NCBI GenBank assembly: GCA_017424105.1
Contig: JAFPBK010000010.1
Coordinates: 1-44,358 of the forward strand
Origin: Kiritimatiellia bacterium
GTDB taxonomy: Bacteria; Verrucomicrobiota; Kiritimatiellia; RFP12; UBA3636
Reading direction: 5' to 3'
DNA length: 44,358 nucleotides
Part shown: piece after piece, positions 1 to 8,742 of the stretch
Position numbering within the stretch: the first letter of the stretch is position 1
Layout of the letters: each line of letters opens with the position of its first letter
The notes under the pieces: model-generated
The model's database searches: none
The model's input: the letters and a program-made list of their open reading frames with translations, nothing else
Told to the model about the DNA's origin: nothing
Program-made: the position numbers and the translations under genes

Positions 1-1
1 A

Positions 2-2215
2 TTTCAGCTCGTTAACGATGCTGAAACTCCAGAAACATTGTGGACAGAGACTGGTTCATTTCTTGTTGAAGCATCAACAGTCGTATCTGATGCATTCTCT
101 GTAACTACAGAAAATTGCAAATTGTCAGTTTCTGCAGAAGTTTTGCAATGGGGTATAGGAGCAACTAAGGTAGAGCTTTTGATAGGTTCTGCCGATGATA
201 GCCTTGAGGTTGTACAAGCTTTTGACGGGCTAACAGAAATGCCAGAAAATGGTATGATTACTTTTGACTCCTTAATTTTGAATCCTGGTAGCTATAGCTG
301 TGCAATTAGAGTAACAACTACATATAATGATATTGTTTGGGTAAATGAAACACCAGTAAAAAGTATTTCCGTGTCAGACACAGCCACATATACTTGGATT
401 GGCAACTCTGGTAACTGGAGTGATAAATCAAAATGGAATACAACAGAGGATGGCTCTGCTGGCTATCCATCAGATGGCTGCTCAATTATAATTGGAGCAG
501 AGGATTGTGAAATTACTCTTGATTCTAGTGTTAAGCTATCTAATATCACAATATCTTCAGCTGGTAAGCACATATTCCGTAGTTCCTCATTACGTTCTGC
601 AAGAATAATCTCTGGTGATGTCACTTTGTCAGGAGAGGGTGGCGGAACACTTGTTCTTGATTCGGTTGTTTTTGAAAGTAAGATAAAAGATCTTGCAGGG
701 CTTAAGCAGCTTGTTCTTCAGCATGAGGCAAAGGCAGAACCTGCATCCTCAGAAGTAACAGACATTGTTCTAGTGTCTGGTGCAACACTTTATTGTGGTG
801 CTATTTATGGTAACAATGATGAGCTAAAGCTAGGTAAATTAAAGCTCGTCGGTGGACCAAACCTTGTCGCACATAGCCAGTACACACAAAAAGGTGTTCG
901 TTTTGCGTCATTTGAGGCAGTAAATGGTTCTGGTGTACCTGTTGTTGCAGTAAGGAGTGGGTATGTAGCATTTGATGATGTATCAGGAATTGAGATGGTA
1001 GGTGGTGACGCTTCTCTAGAAGACGGTACTTCAAAGATTCCTGTCCTCACAAATTTCCAAATTGGTGGAGGAAGAAATAGCGATCAAATGTACGGCAAAG
1101 GAGCTTGTACATTAGAAAATGGTGTAATAATGCGAATTCCTGAGTCAACAATGAAGGATACATTTGTTGATGCAGAAGAAACAGATAATGTCTGTATTAG
1201 TGCAAGCACAACGCTAGAAAATGATGTAACAGTTAATGCTTTAATTGTTAGCGGAGCAAGTCTTGACTTGGGTGGTCATACAATAACGGTTAAGTCTGGT
1301 GTTTTCCGTGAGGGAGATAAAAATCTTTGGAGTTGCGAGGTAAAAAATGGTGTTATTAAATTCGCTCGTCCAAATGTACTTAGTGATCAAACCAATAATG
1401 CAGATGTTCGCGTTAAAGTTGATTTTGCCACAGAAGGCAATGCTGATATGCTAAAGCCTATGCTTTCTCATGAATCACAAAACTTAGGTTGGGCACATAA
1501 ATCACATTATTCAAATTTTGTTGGCATTGTATCTCTAGAAATTGGTAGAGATTTTTACATTAGAAAAACGATGTCTCCAACTGCCGTTATTGAGTTAAAG
1601 GGAAATAAAGTAACCTCTGATACAACTTCTATAAAAGCTAATTATGGTGGTATCGCTGGTGTTGGTTATGTTGATTACAACTACAATGGTCAAAATAAAT
1701 GGAACTGTAATATTTGGCTAGGCGAGATGAGCGAGGAAGATTATCTCTCAGTAACTAATGACACAGTAACAGGTTCTGTAGTTGTTGGAAATAAAGGTAT
1801 CTTCTGCCCTGGTCTTGTTGAATATGATGGTGCTCGTAGAGGTGAAATTAAGCTTTCTTACCAGGCACAGGGTGACATCAAAATGCTTAATTCCTTTGAA
1901 ATTAGAGAGGGAGGAACATTTATTGCCTCAATTAATTCAGATGGAACATCAACCTTATTAAATGCAACAGAAACTGCTGTAGCAAATAAATTCCTAAAGG
2001 TGAACCTTGCTGGAAAGCTAGAGGTTGATAATTCTGGTGTGATTGAGACAGGTAAGTATTTCCCAATTATTACATATCACGAGGGAATGTTGGCGGGAGA
2101 ATTCTCAAGTGTATCAGATGGCTATAAGGTTCAATATAATGTTCCTCAGGCAGATGGCTCTTATGCTGTCACAGTAACAAAGCTTCCTCTAGGAACACTA
2201 CTTATTGTTCAATAA
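2..2215 (+). CDS. Large secreted/surface protein, 5'-truncated by the window edge. It has an autotransporter-associated beta-strand-repeat-like region and an unusual C-terminal tail, LPLGTLLIVQ.
   Basis: The frame is open from nt 2, and the track start at 38 is an internal TTG. The motif YTWIGNSGNWSDKSKWN..GYPSDG..IIIG..ITLDSSVKLSNITISS matches the style of PVC-group autotransporter-associated beta-strand repeats. The ORF is long and uninterrupted. Confidence 0.6.
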   Translation, partial: FQLVNDAETPETLWTETGSFLVEASTVVSDAFSVTTENCKLSVSAEVLQWGIGATKVELLIGSADDSLEVVQAFDGLTEMPENGMITFDSLILNPGSYSCAIRVTTTYNDIVWVNETPVKSISVSDTATYTWIGNSGNWSDKSKWNTTEDGSAGYPSDGCSIIIGAEDCEITLDSSVKLSNITISSAGKHIFRSSSLRSARIISGDVTLSGEGGGTLVLDSVVFESKIKDLAGLKQLVLQHEAKAEPASSEVTDIVLVSGATLYCGAIYGNNDELKLGKLKLVGGPNLVAHSQYTQKGVRFASFEAVNGSGVPVVAVRSGYVAFDDVSGIEMVGGDASLEDGTSKIPVLTNFQIGGGRNSDQMYGKGACTLENGVIMRIPESTMKDTFVDAEETDNVCISASTTLENDVTVNALIVSGASLDLGGHTITVKSGVFREGDKNLWSCEVKNGVIKFARPNVLSDQTNNADVRVKVDFATEGNADMLKPMLSHESQNLGWAHKSHYSNFVGIVSLEIGRDFYIRKTMSPTAVIELKGNKVTSDTTSIKANYGGIAGVGYVDYNYNGQNKWNCNIWLGEMSEEDYLSVTNDTVTGSVVVGNKGIFCPGLVEYDGARRGEIKLSYQAQGDIKMLNSFEIREGGTFIASINSDGTSTLLNATETAVANKFLKVNLAGKLEVDNSGVIETGKYFPIITYHEGMLAGEFSSVSDGYKVQYNVPQADGSYAVTVTKLPLGTLLIVQ

Positions 2216-2255
2216 TCATGCAATAAATATATTAATTAACTGAAAACTTAAAATT

Positions 2256-5200
2256 ATGAAATCGTTTTATAGAAATTTGTCTGTAGCTTTTGTTCTAGTT
2301 AGTGGTGCAGCTCTTTCGGCAGAAATGCCAAAGAGCGACCCATTTATCCCTTACAATGAGATTCCAAGCTCCGAGCTTCTTCCTAAGGGTAAGGGCTTCT
2401 CCATTGCAAAGGATGGCTCTCTTCTTGTTGATGGTAAGCCTAGATATTTGCCAGCAGTGTTGTGGTATGGTGATACACAGTGGGGAGTAAACAATGCAAA
2501 GGAGAATTTCGGTCCATTAGAGTGGCTATATAATCGTATGCCAGATTATGAAGCAGCACAGCGCCTTGGTGTGGATGCAGGTGGCTTCTATGCACCTCTA
2601 AATTGGATGAAGCGCTATTATCGTCCTTGGACAAGAGGTGATGTTTGGGCAAAGCCAGATCCTCTTTATGGCATTACTATCGGTAATGGACTATCAATGT
2701 ATGTTGATATCACAGCTTCAGAGTGGGCTCATGGTTCAATTTGGCATGCTGACATACCTGTAAATCCAGATAGTAAGGTGAAGCCAGAGCCATGCAAAAA
2801 GCAAGGTGCCAATGGTAGCATATGTAATCATGCAGAATGTGGTGCAAAGCTTGGTGCTCCAGGACGCTTGTCTAGTGCAGCTTGGACACAAGGCTCACAG
2901 CATTGGGTGCCTTGGAGTATTGTGCATCCAGAGGGACGTAGTATTTGGAAGCATATGTGGGAAGGAGCATGTATTGATTCCTACAATTGGGCTAAGGCAG
3001 TAGGTGCTCGCCCTTGGTGCTATGAGCTAATGAATGAACCTGCTTGCTGGGATGAGTCTGAATATACAAAGAAGGCTTTCGCAGCTGCAATGAAGAAAAA
3101 ATATGGCTCAATTGAAAAGCTAAATGCTGCTTGGACTAAATCTGAATTTGGTACAGAAAAACGTTATGCATCTTTTGATGAGGTTGCAGCAGCTTATGGC
3201 AAAAATGATAATCCTACAGCATTTTTAGTAGAGTACACAAAGTTTATGGAGAAGGCTTTTGCTTCGCTTCTAACAGAAGGTGCAAAAATTGTTCACACAA
3301 AGGTAGATTCAGAGGCTTTAGCAACCTTCCAGCCTACAACTATTCGTACTCGTGGAATTGATTTGTATACAGCCTATAAAAACATGGATGTTGTTTGCTC
3401 TCATACAGGTGGTCGTGGCATCATGGAAGCACATATGCTTCGAGGCCTAGCAGATGGTAAGCCAATTGTTGACTCAGAAATGTATATTGGTTGTAGTGAA
3501 AATTCAATACGAAATTCATATCTAGATCAGTTCCAGCGTGGCTACAATATTTCATATGCATTTAAGTGGAATCGTCTACAAAAGTCATCATATAATTTCT
3601 TAAATCTAAATAATGTTCAGCCAGAGGCTCTTCGTGGAATTCGTGAGGCAAAGCTTGATGCACTAGATGTTGCTGAGCTTTTTGCTCCACGTGATAGAGG
3701 AGTGAAGCGTGAGGTTGCTGTCTTATTCTCCTCATCAACAGAGCGTCTATCACAATGCGCTGGTCACCAATCATATCGTTTGTTTGATCAAGCAATTGTA
3801 GGACTTGATTTTGCACAGCTTTTGCCAGATGTAATTTGGGAGGATCAAATTGTTGAAGATGGTGCAACAGGACGTTTAGGTCGCTACAAGGTACTTGTTG
3901 TAGCAGGAGTAGATGCAGTTCGTCCAGGAGTCAATAAAGCAGTAAAGGCTTGGGTAGAACGAGGTGGTGTTCTAGTGCTTGTTGGCGAAACAATGGGCTT
4001 AAACGAGTATGGTGCAGCAAATAGCGAGTCATTTGTTGATATTGAACTTGGTAAGCGCATTGAGAGTGAGGTCTCAGAGGTAACAATAAACAATAAAAAG
4101 CTTCAGGCTTCAGCATGGAGAGAGGCTCAAGCTTCTGCAACCTGGAAGACGCTCGCCACAATAGGTGATAAGCCTGCTTTCTTTGAGAAAAATTATGGCA
4201 AAGGAAAGGTTGTTTTTGCTTCTGCAAAGATGTCTGGCGGGTCAATTGGTACATTGGTAGCTAGCTACGGAGCTGCAGTTAATGTTACACCGAGCTCTTT
4301 AGTAACTGATGCATTGAGCTCAAGCACTGAACCAATTCAAGGTATTGAAATATCCCCAGCAAAGCGTGGAGATTTGGAGGGTTGGATTATTTCTCCTCGC
4401 ACAATGGGTGGCAGAGTAATTCGCTTTAAGCCAGCTTCTGTAGCGAAGCCTGGGGATGCCTTAATTCGCGTTTGGAATCGTCCAGATCCAAATATTAAAG
4501 AAGGCTATGCACCATTTGTTGCATTTAGACAAGTGATAGAGCCAGCAGCTGATGGCTCATATGTAATTGACTTAACAGAGGGTGGTACTCAAATCTTTGT
4601 TCGCGGAAATCTTGAATTACTAAAGAAGCGCTTTGGTGATGCAAATTCTCGTTGGTTAGCCCCTATGACAGCTGATCAAGCAATTGCAGCAGGTAAGGAG
4701 CGCATCGAAGCAGAAAAGGCAAGACGTGAAGCACTAAAGCCAGCATTTACAGTAAATCCAGATAAAATACATCAGCTTGATTTACGAAAGGTAGTGAACC
4801 GTAGGTTCGTAGATAAGGTTGCTCGTGATGGAAGAGATGGCTGGACAGACCAAGGTGCTCAGCAGTCACTTATGGATACTCCTTGGGGTATAACAATGTG
4901 TAATGGTGTGCCAATGGACTTTATTCGTTATGACCAGAATGGCTTCCGTGATTGCCTAGTTATGAAGTCAACACGCATTGGAGAAGCACCTGCTGATGAA
5001 ATGCCTTACCCAGCAAAGGTAGAGGGAATTCGTGTAGACCAAAAGGCAGGTAATATTTATTTCCTTCATGCTATTGCATGGGGTGTTATGAATAGGGTTG
5101 AAACTGCATTTACATATGTCATCAATTATGGCGACGGAACAAAAATTGAGTTACCAGTACGAAACTTCCATGAGGTATGGGATTGGGGTTATATTGCAAC

Positions 5201-5879
5201 AACAGATGACATGACAAAGAGCAGCTGCTTTAAGGGCTGGGCTAATGGCTCCAATAAGGGTCTATACCTATGGCGTTGGACAAATCCTCATCCTGAAAAG
5301 CAGATTTCTTCAATAGATATTGTTTCAGCATGTGGTTCACAAATTCCACTTATTGCTGCAATCTCTGTTGAAGAGCCAGATACAGCAGTAAAGGTTGATG
5401 GTGCACCTCATACGCTTTTTAGCCTTGGTGGCTCAGCAGGAGTAAAACCATTTGTAACAAATGGTATATGGAAGGTTGTGCTTGAGGAAAATGCAGGCTC
5501 TTGGTGTTGTGCAAACGCAGATATTCGTCCTGGCATTCGTTTAGATAGCGCTAAGCCATTTAAAAACCTTGTTTTTGAGGTAAATCGTCTACCTGACGTA
5601 TGGGGTGAATACCAAGATCATGCAACACCTCAATTCCGCGTAAATGGACGTGGAGCAGATGGAAAACTACGCTTCGGCCATTGGCGTGTGGCACGTTATG
5701 GAGATGGCTCGCATTTCTACCGTACAGACACTGATCCAGAAACCTGGCAGACTGTTTATATCAGTATGGATGGCTTTGTTGGAGGCGATTGGACGCAAAT
5801 TATTTCCTTTGCACTTCAATTCCAGCAGATGCCAACAAAGCACTCAGGCTTAGAATTTAGAAATATCCGCTTTGAGTAA
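2256..5879 (+). CDS. Secreted clan GH-A glycoside hydrolase, GH42-like (beta-galactosidase family), with a C-terminal extension of about 450 aa of unknown function.
   Basis: Signal peptide MKSFYRNLSVAFVLVSGAALSA. TIM-barrel acid/base signature WCYELMNEPACW followed by KKKYGSIEKLNAAW. A GATase-like trimerisation-type segment YKVLVVAGVD...GGVLVLVGE. Confidence 0.55.
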   Translation: MKSFYRNLSVAFVLVSGAALSAEMPKSDPFIPYNEIPSSELLPKGKGFSIAKDGSLLVDGKPRYLPAVLWYGDTQWGVNNAKENFGPLEWLYNRMPDYEAAQRLGVDAGGFYAPLNWMKRYYRPWTRGDVWAKPDPLYGITIGNGLSMYVDITASEWAHGSIWHADIPVNPDSKVKPEPCKKQGANGSICNHAECGAKLGAPGRLSSAAWTQGSQHWVPWSIVHPEGRSIWKHMWEGACIDSYNWAKAVGARPWCYELMNEPACWDESEYTKKAFAAAMKKKYGSIEKLNAAWTKSEFGTEKRYASFDEVAAAYGKNDNPTAFLVEYTKFMEKAFASLLTEGAKIVHTKVDSEALATFQPTTIRTRGIDLYTAYKNMDVVCSHTGGRGIMEAHMLRGLADGKPIVDSEMYIGCSENSIRNSYLDQFQRGYNISYAFKWNRLQKSSYNFLNLNNVQPEALRGIREAKLDALDVAELFAPRDRGVKREVAVLFSSSTERLSQCAGHQSYRLFDQAIVGLDFAQLLPDVIWEDQIVEDGATGRLGRYKVLVVAGVDAVRPGVNKAVKAWVERGGVLVLVGETMGLNEYGAANSESFVDIELGKRIESEVSEVTINNKKLQASAWREAQASATWKTLATIGDKPAFFEKNYGKGKVVFASAKMSGGSIGTLVASYGAAVNVTPSSLVTDALSSSTEPIQGIEISPAKRGDLEGWIISPRTMGGRVIRFKPASVAKPGDALIRVWNRPDPNIKEGYAPFVAFRQVIEPAADGSYVIDLTEGGTQIFVRGNLELLKKRFGDANSRWLAPMTADQAIAAGKERIEAEKARREALKPAFTVNPDKIHQLDLRKVVNRRFVDKVARDGRDGWTDQGAQQSLMDTPWGITMCNGVPMDFIRYDQNGFRDCLVMKSTRIGEAPADEMPYPAKVEGIRVDQKAGNIYFLHAIAWGVMNRVETAFTYVINYGDGTKIELPVRNFHEVWDWGYIATTDDMTKSSCFKGWANGSNKGLYLWRWTNPHPEKQISSIDIVSACGSQIPLIAAISVEEPDTAVKVDGAPHTLFSLGGSAGVKPFVTNGIWKVVLEENAGSWCCANADIRPGIRLDSAKPFKNLVFEVNRLPDVWGEYQDHATPQFRVNGRGADGKLRFGHWRVARYGDGSHFYRTDTDPETWQTVYISMDGFVGGDWTQIISFALQFQQMPTKHSGLEFRNIRFE

Positions 5880-5974
5880 GCTTAAATTTGGCAACTCAAC
5901 TTATCTTTTGGCTTGCGTGGTACACGAATGCGATTTTTTCAAGAACACGAATACGCACGGATTCGCACGAATGA

Positions 5975-6080
5975 GTTTGTGGTTAGGTGCTGTGTGTGCG
6001 TGGTGTGCATGATTCGTTATATCGTAGCATACCAGGCTCTGCCCTGGTATGAGCACTAGGATAATTTCGCAGGATTAACC
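5975..6080. repeat. Intergenic repeat element, copy A (about 106 nt, GT-rich 5' part, internal hairpin, ends CAGGATTAAC).
   Basis: Aligns at roughly 75-80% identity over its length with 23596-23700. The hairpin is 6028-6036 / 6043-6051 (CATACCAGG..CCTGGTATG). Confidence 0.7.
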
Positions 6081-6249
6081 TATTGAACTATATTTTTAAT
6101 TTTCCTATCCAGTTTCTGAATAAGTTAATTTAATTCTCTAATTTTTAAGAAAATGAATCTGAAGTATAGCAATACATAATTTTTTTTGCTACAATAGTTC
6201 CATCGTGAGTGTGAATTTTTGTTTCTTAACTTTAATCAGAGAATAAATT

Positions 6250-7605
6250 ATGTGTAAAAAAGGCTTTGCAATAGCCGCATTTGCTAGTTTACTAAGCTTT
6301 GCAGGTGCAGAATCAATGGTTCCTAGTGTTCCTGTTCCTGTTGATGAGGAGATGAATCAAGCGCAAGGATACCCAACTTGGTCAGGCGACTGCTTTTGGG
6401 CGTTTGATGGTGATACATCTACATTCCCAAATAATATCAGTTCCAATTTGTTGAAATTTGATGCTGGTGTAGCTCGCTCTATTTCTAAAATCAAATTCCT
6501 GCCATGGAATAACTCTGCTGCAAATGGAAGATATAATAATTTAGCCATTTATGGTTCTGCTGATGGATTGACATGGGATAAATTAGTTGATAATGGCGGG
6601 CAAGCTCAAAATATCAGCACATGGTTTGAATACACTCCAGAAAATGGCGAAAGCTTTGGTTCTTACAGATATTTTGAAATTAGAAATTGCTATTTGGGTT
6701 GGGCTAAAGAAGTAGAGTTTTATAGCAATGATTTAATGGTTGAGACATATCGCCCACGTGTATGGGGTGAGTCAGATAATAGAACACTTGGAGCTGCTGA
6801 TGACGCTGATGGTGTATATTTGTCTGGTAAGCTAATCAACGTCGCAGGTGCTGATGATAATGTTGTGCTTTATGTTGCTACAAAAGATTGTGGCACAAAT
6901 GAGCAAGATTGGATAGAAAATGGTGCCGTCTATGAAATTGACGATATAGCAGCCGATGGAAAGTGGAGCACAAAAATTAAGCTCAATAGAGGCCTATGGT
7001 ATGTAAGAGCATTCGCAAAGTCCGGTGCGATAAGCTCTGCTTCTCAACGTACAGAATCTTTTCTTGTTGATTCAACTCCATTGTATCCTGTCGGATATTC
7101 CAATTATGGCTCAAGCAGAGCAAATCTAATGTATGATGGAAGCACTGATACTTGTGGCGATTCTGCAAATGCAGGAAAATTCCCTTTAATTTTAGATGTA
7201 AGAAATCTATCAGACAGCAATGGAAAACAGGTTTGGCCTGCATCTGTTAAGATGTGGTCAGCTAAATCTGCACAAGCTTTATATTTGGCTTGGACATGGT
7301 CCAGAGGTACAATCATTGATGCAACTTGGGATGATCTTGATTTAAGCATGGAAACACTGAATACAAACGTGAAGGGTCGCACAGTTTATACTTGCACATT
7401 GCCTTCAGCAAATTGGGTCCGAATTACAGATGCATCTGGCTTTATTGAGAAAAATGGACCTGTTTATGAAATGACTTTGCCAAAGTCATTTAAAGCAAAT
7501 CCACCTAAATATTTGCGAGTACGCGGTGCTCCGCTAAATTATGTTGCTGAGCTGGAGGTTAGAACACTTCCTCTAATTGATGGATTGGTCATAATAGTTA
7601 AATAA
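6250..7605 (+). CDS. Secreted F5/8 type C (discoidin/CBM32-like) domain protein with C-terminal tail LPLIDGLVIIVK.
   Basis: Signal peptide MCKKGFAIAAFASLLSFAGA. FDGDTSTF...KIKFLPWNNSAANGRYNNLAIYGSADGLTWDKL is typical of discoidin domains. An extended -10 (TGcTACAAT, 6188-6196) lies upstream. Confidence 0.55.
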   Translation: MCKKGFAIAAFASLLSFAGAESMVPSVPVPVDEEMNQAQGYPTWSGDCFWAFDGDTSTFPNNISSNLLKFDAGVARSISKIKFLPWNNSAANGRYNNLAIYGSADGLTWDKLVDNGGQAQNISTWFEYTPENGESFGSYRYFEIRNCYLGWAKEVEFYSNDLMVETYRPRVWGESDNRTLGAADDADGVYLSGKLINVAGADDNVVLYVATKDCGTNEQDWIENGAVYEIDDIAADGKWSTKIKLNRGLWYVRAFAKSGAISSASQRTESFLVDSTPLYPVGYSNYGSSRANLMYDGSTDTCGDSANAGKFPLILDVRNLSDSNGKQVWPASVKMWSAKSAQALYLAWTWSRGTIIDATWDDLDLSMETLNTNVKGRTVYTCTLPSANWVRITDASGFIEKNGPVYEMTLPKSFKANPPKYLRVRGAPLNYVAELEVRTLPLIDGLVIIVK

Positions 7606-7644
7606 TTTAATCTATAAAAAAATATATATTCAAAGGAGTTTAAT

Positions 7645-8721
7645 ATGAGCAGTAATTTTGAAGAAAATTTCAAGTTGAACCAAATTAAAGGTGTAAATAT
7701 TGGTGGTTGGCTTGTGCTTGAGTCTTGGATGAAGCAAAGCCTGTTTAAGGGTCTTCCTTGTTGGGATGAAACAACATTCTGTGCATATTTTAGCACCGAA
7801 GAAGGTTCTCGCCGTTTGCGTGAGCACTGGGATACTTTTATTACAGAGGATGATTTTGCATGGATTGCTTCTCATGGCTTGAATGCAGTGCGAATCCCTG
7901 TTGGTTTTTGGATTTTTGGTTCAGCATCTGGCTATCCATATCATCCAAAATACAATGGTAAGCCACACCCATTTGTAGACGGCGGAATTGAGCGTCTTGA
8001 CCGTGCTTTTGATTGGGCAGAGAAATACAATTTAAAGGTTTTAATTGATCTGCATTGTGCACCAGGTTGCCAGAATGGCTTTGATAATGGTGGTATCTCA
8101 GGTGTGTTTGAGTGGCATACAAAGCAAGAGTATATTGATTTCACGGTGCTTACACTTGAGCGCTTGGCTGAGAGATATTGCGATAGAAAAGCTCTATGGG
8201 GTATTCAGACACTTAATGAGCCTCGCTGGGATATTCCTGATGATATTCTTGTTGAATTTAACAAGCGTGCTTATCATGCAATCCGTAAGCATTGTTCATA
8301 TGAAAAATGCGCAGTAGTATTTCATGATGGTTTCCGTGCAGATAGAATTTGCGATGTCTTTGCAGGCAAGATGGCTCCACCAGAGTACCAGAATGTTGTA
8401 ATGGATGCTCATCGTTATCAATGCTTTGATGATTTTCATAAGTCACTTGATAATAAAGGCAATATAGCTGAGGTTGAAGGCCCTTTGACCAATGAGTTGC
8501 GTATGCTTCAAGAAAAGGCATATTGGACAATTGTTGGTGAGTGGAGCTTTGGCACAGGTGGCGAAAGAACAATGGAAGAGCATCAGGCATTTTACGACGC
8601 TCAGATTAAGGCATTTAGCAATGTGCTAGGTTACTTCTTCTGGAGCTACAAAGTTGAGTCTGGCAGGGTGGCATGGTCATTGCGTCATGCAGTAGAGAAT
8701 GGCCTTGTTTTGAAGGATTAA
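7645..8721 (+). CDS. GH5 family glucan exo-1,3-beta-glucosidase-like hydrolase (cytoplasmic; no signal peptide).
   Basis: GVNIGGWLVLESWM N-terminal motif. Acid/base motif TLNEPRW. Nucleophile motif IVGEWSFG. SD AAGGAG lies upstream of the ATG. Confidence 0.7.
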   Translation: MSSNFEENFKLNQIKGVNIGGWLVLESWMKQSLFKGLPCWDETTFCAYFSTEEGSRRLREHWDTFITEDDFAWIASHGLNAVRIPVGFWIFGSASGYPYHPKYNGKPHPFVDGGIERLDRAFDWAEKYNLKVLIDLHCAPGCQNGFDNGGISGVFEWHTKQEYIDFTVLTLERLAERYCDRKALWGIQTLNEPRWDIPDDILVEFNKRAYHAIRKHCSYEKCAVVFHDGFRADRICDVFAGKMAPPEYQNVVMDAHRYQCFDDFHKSLDNKGNIAEVEGPLTNELRMLQEKAYWTIVGEWSFGTGGERTMEEHQAFYDAQIKAFSNVLGYFFWSYKVESGRVAWSLRHAVENGLVLKD

Positions 8722-8742
8722 AAATTTAATTAGAATTTGATT

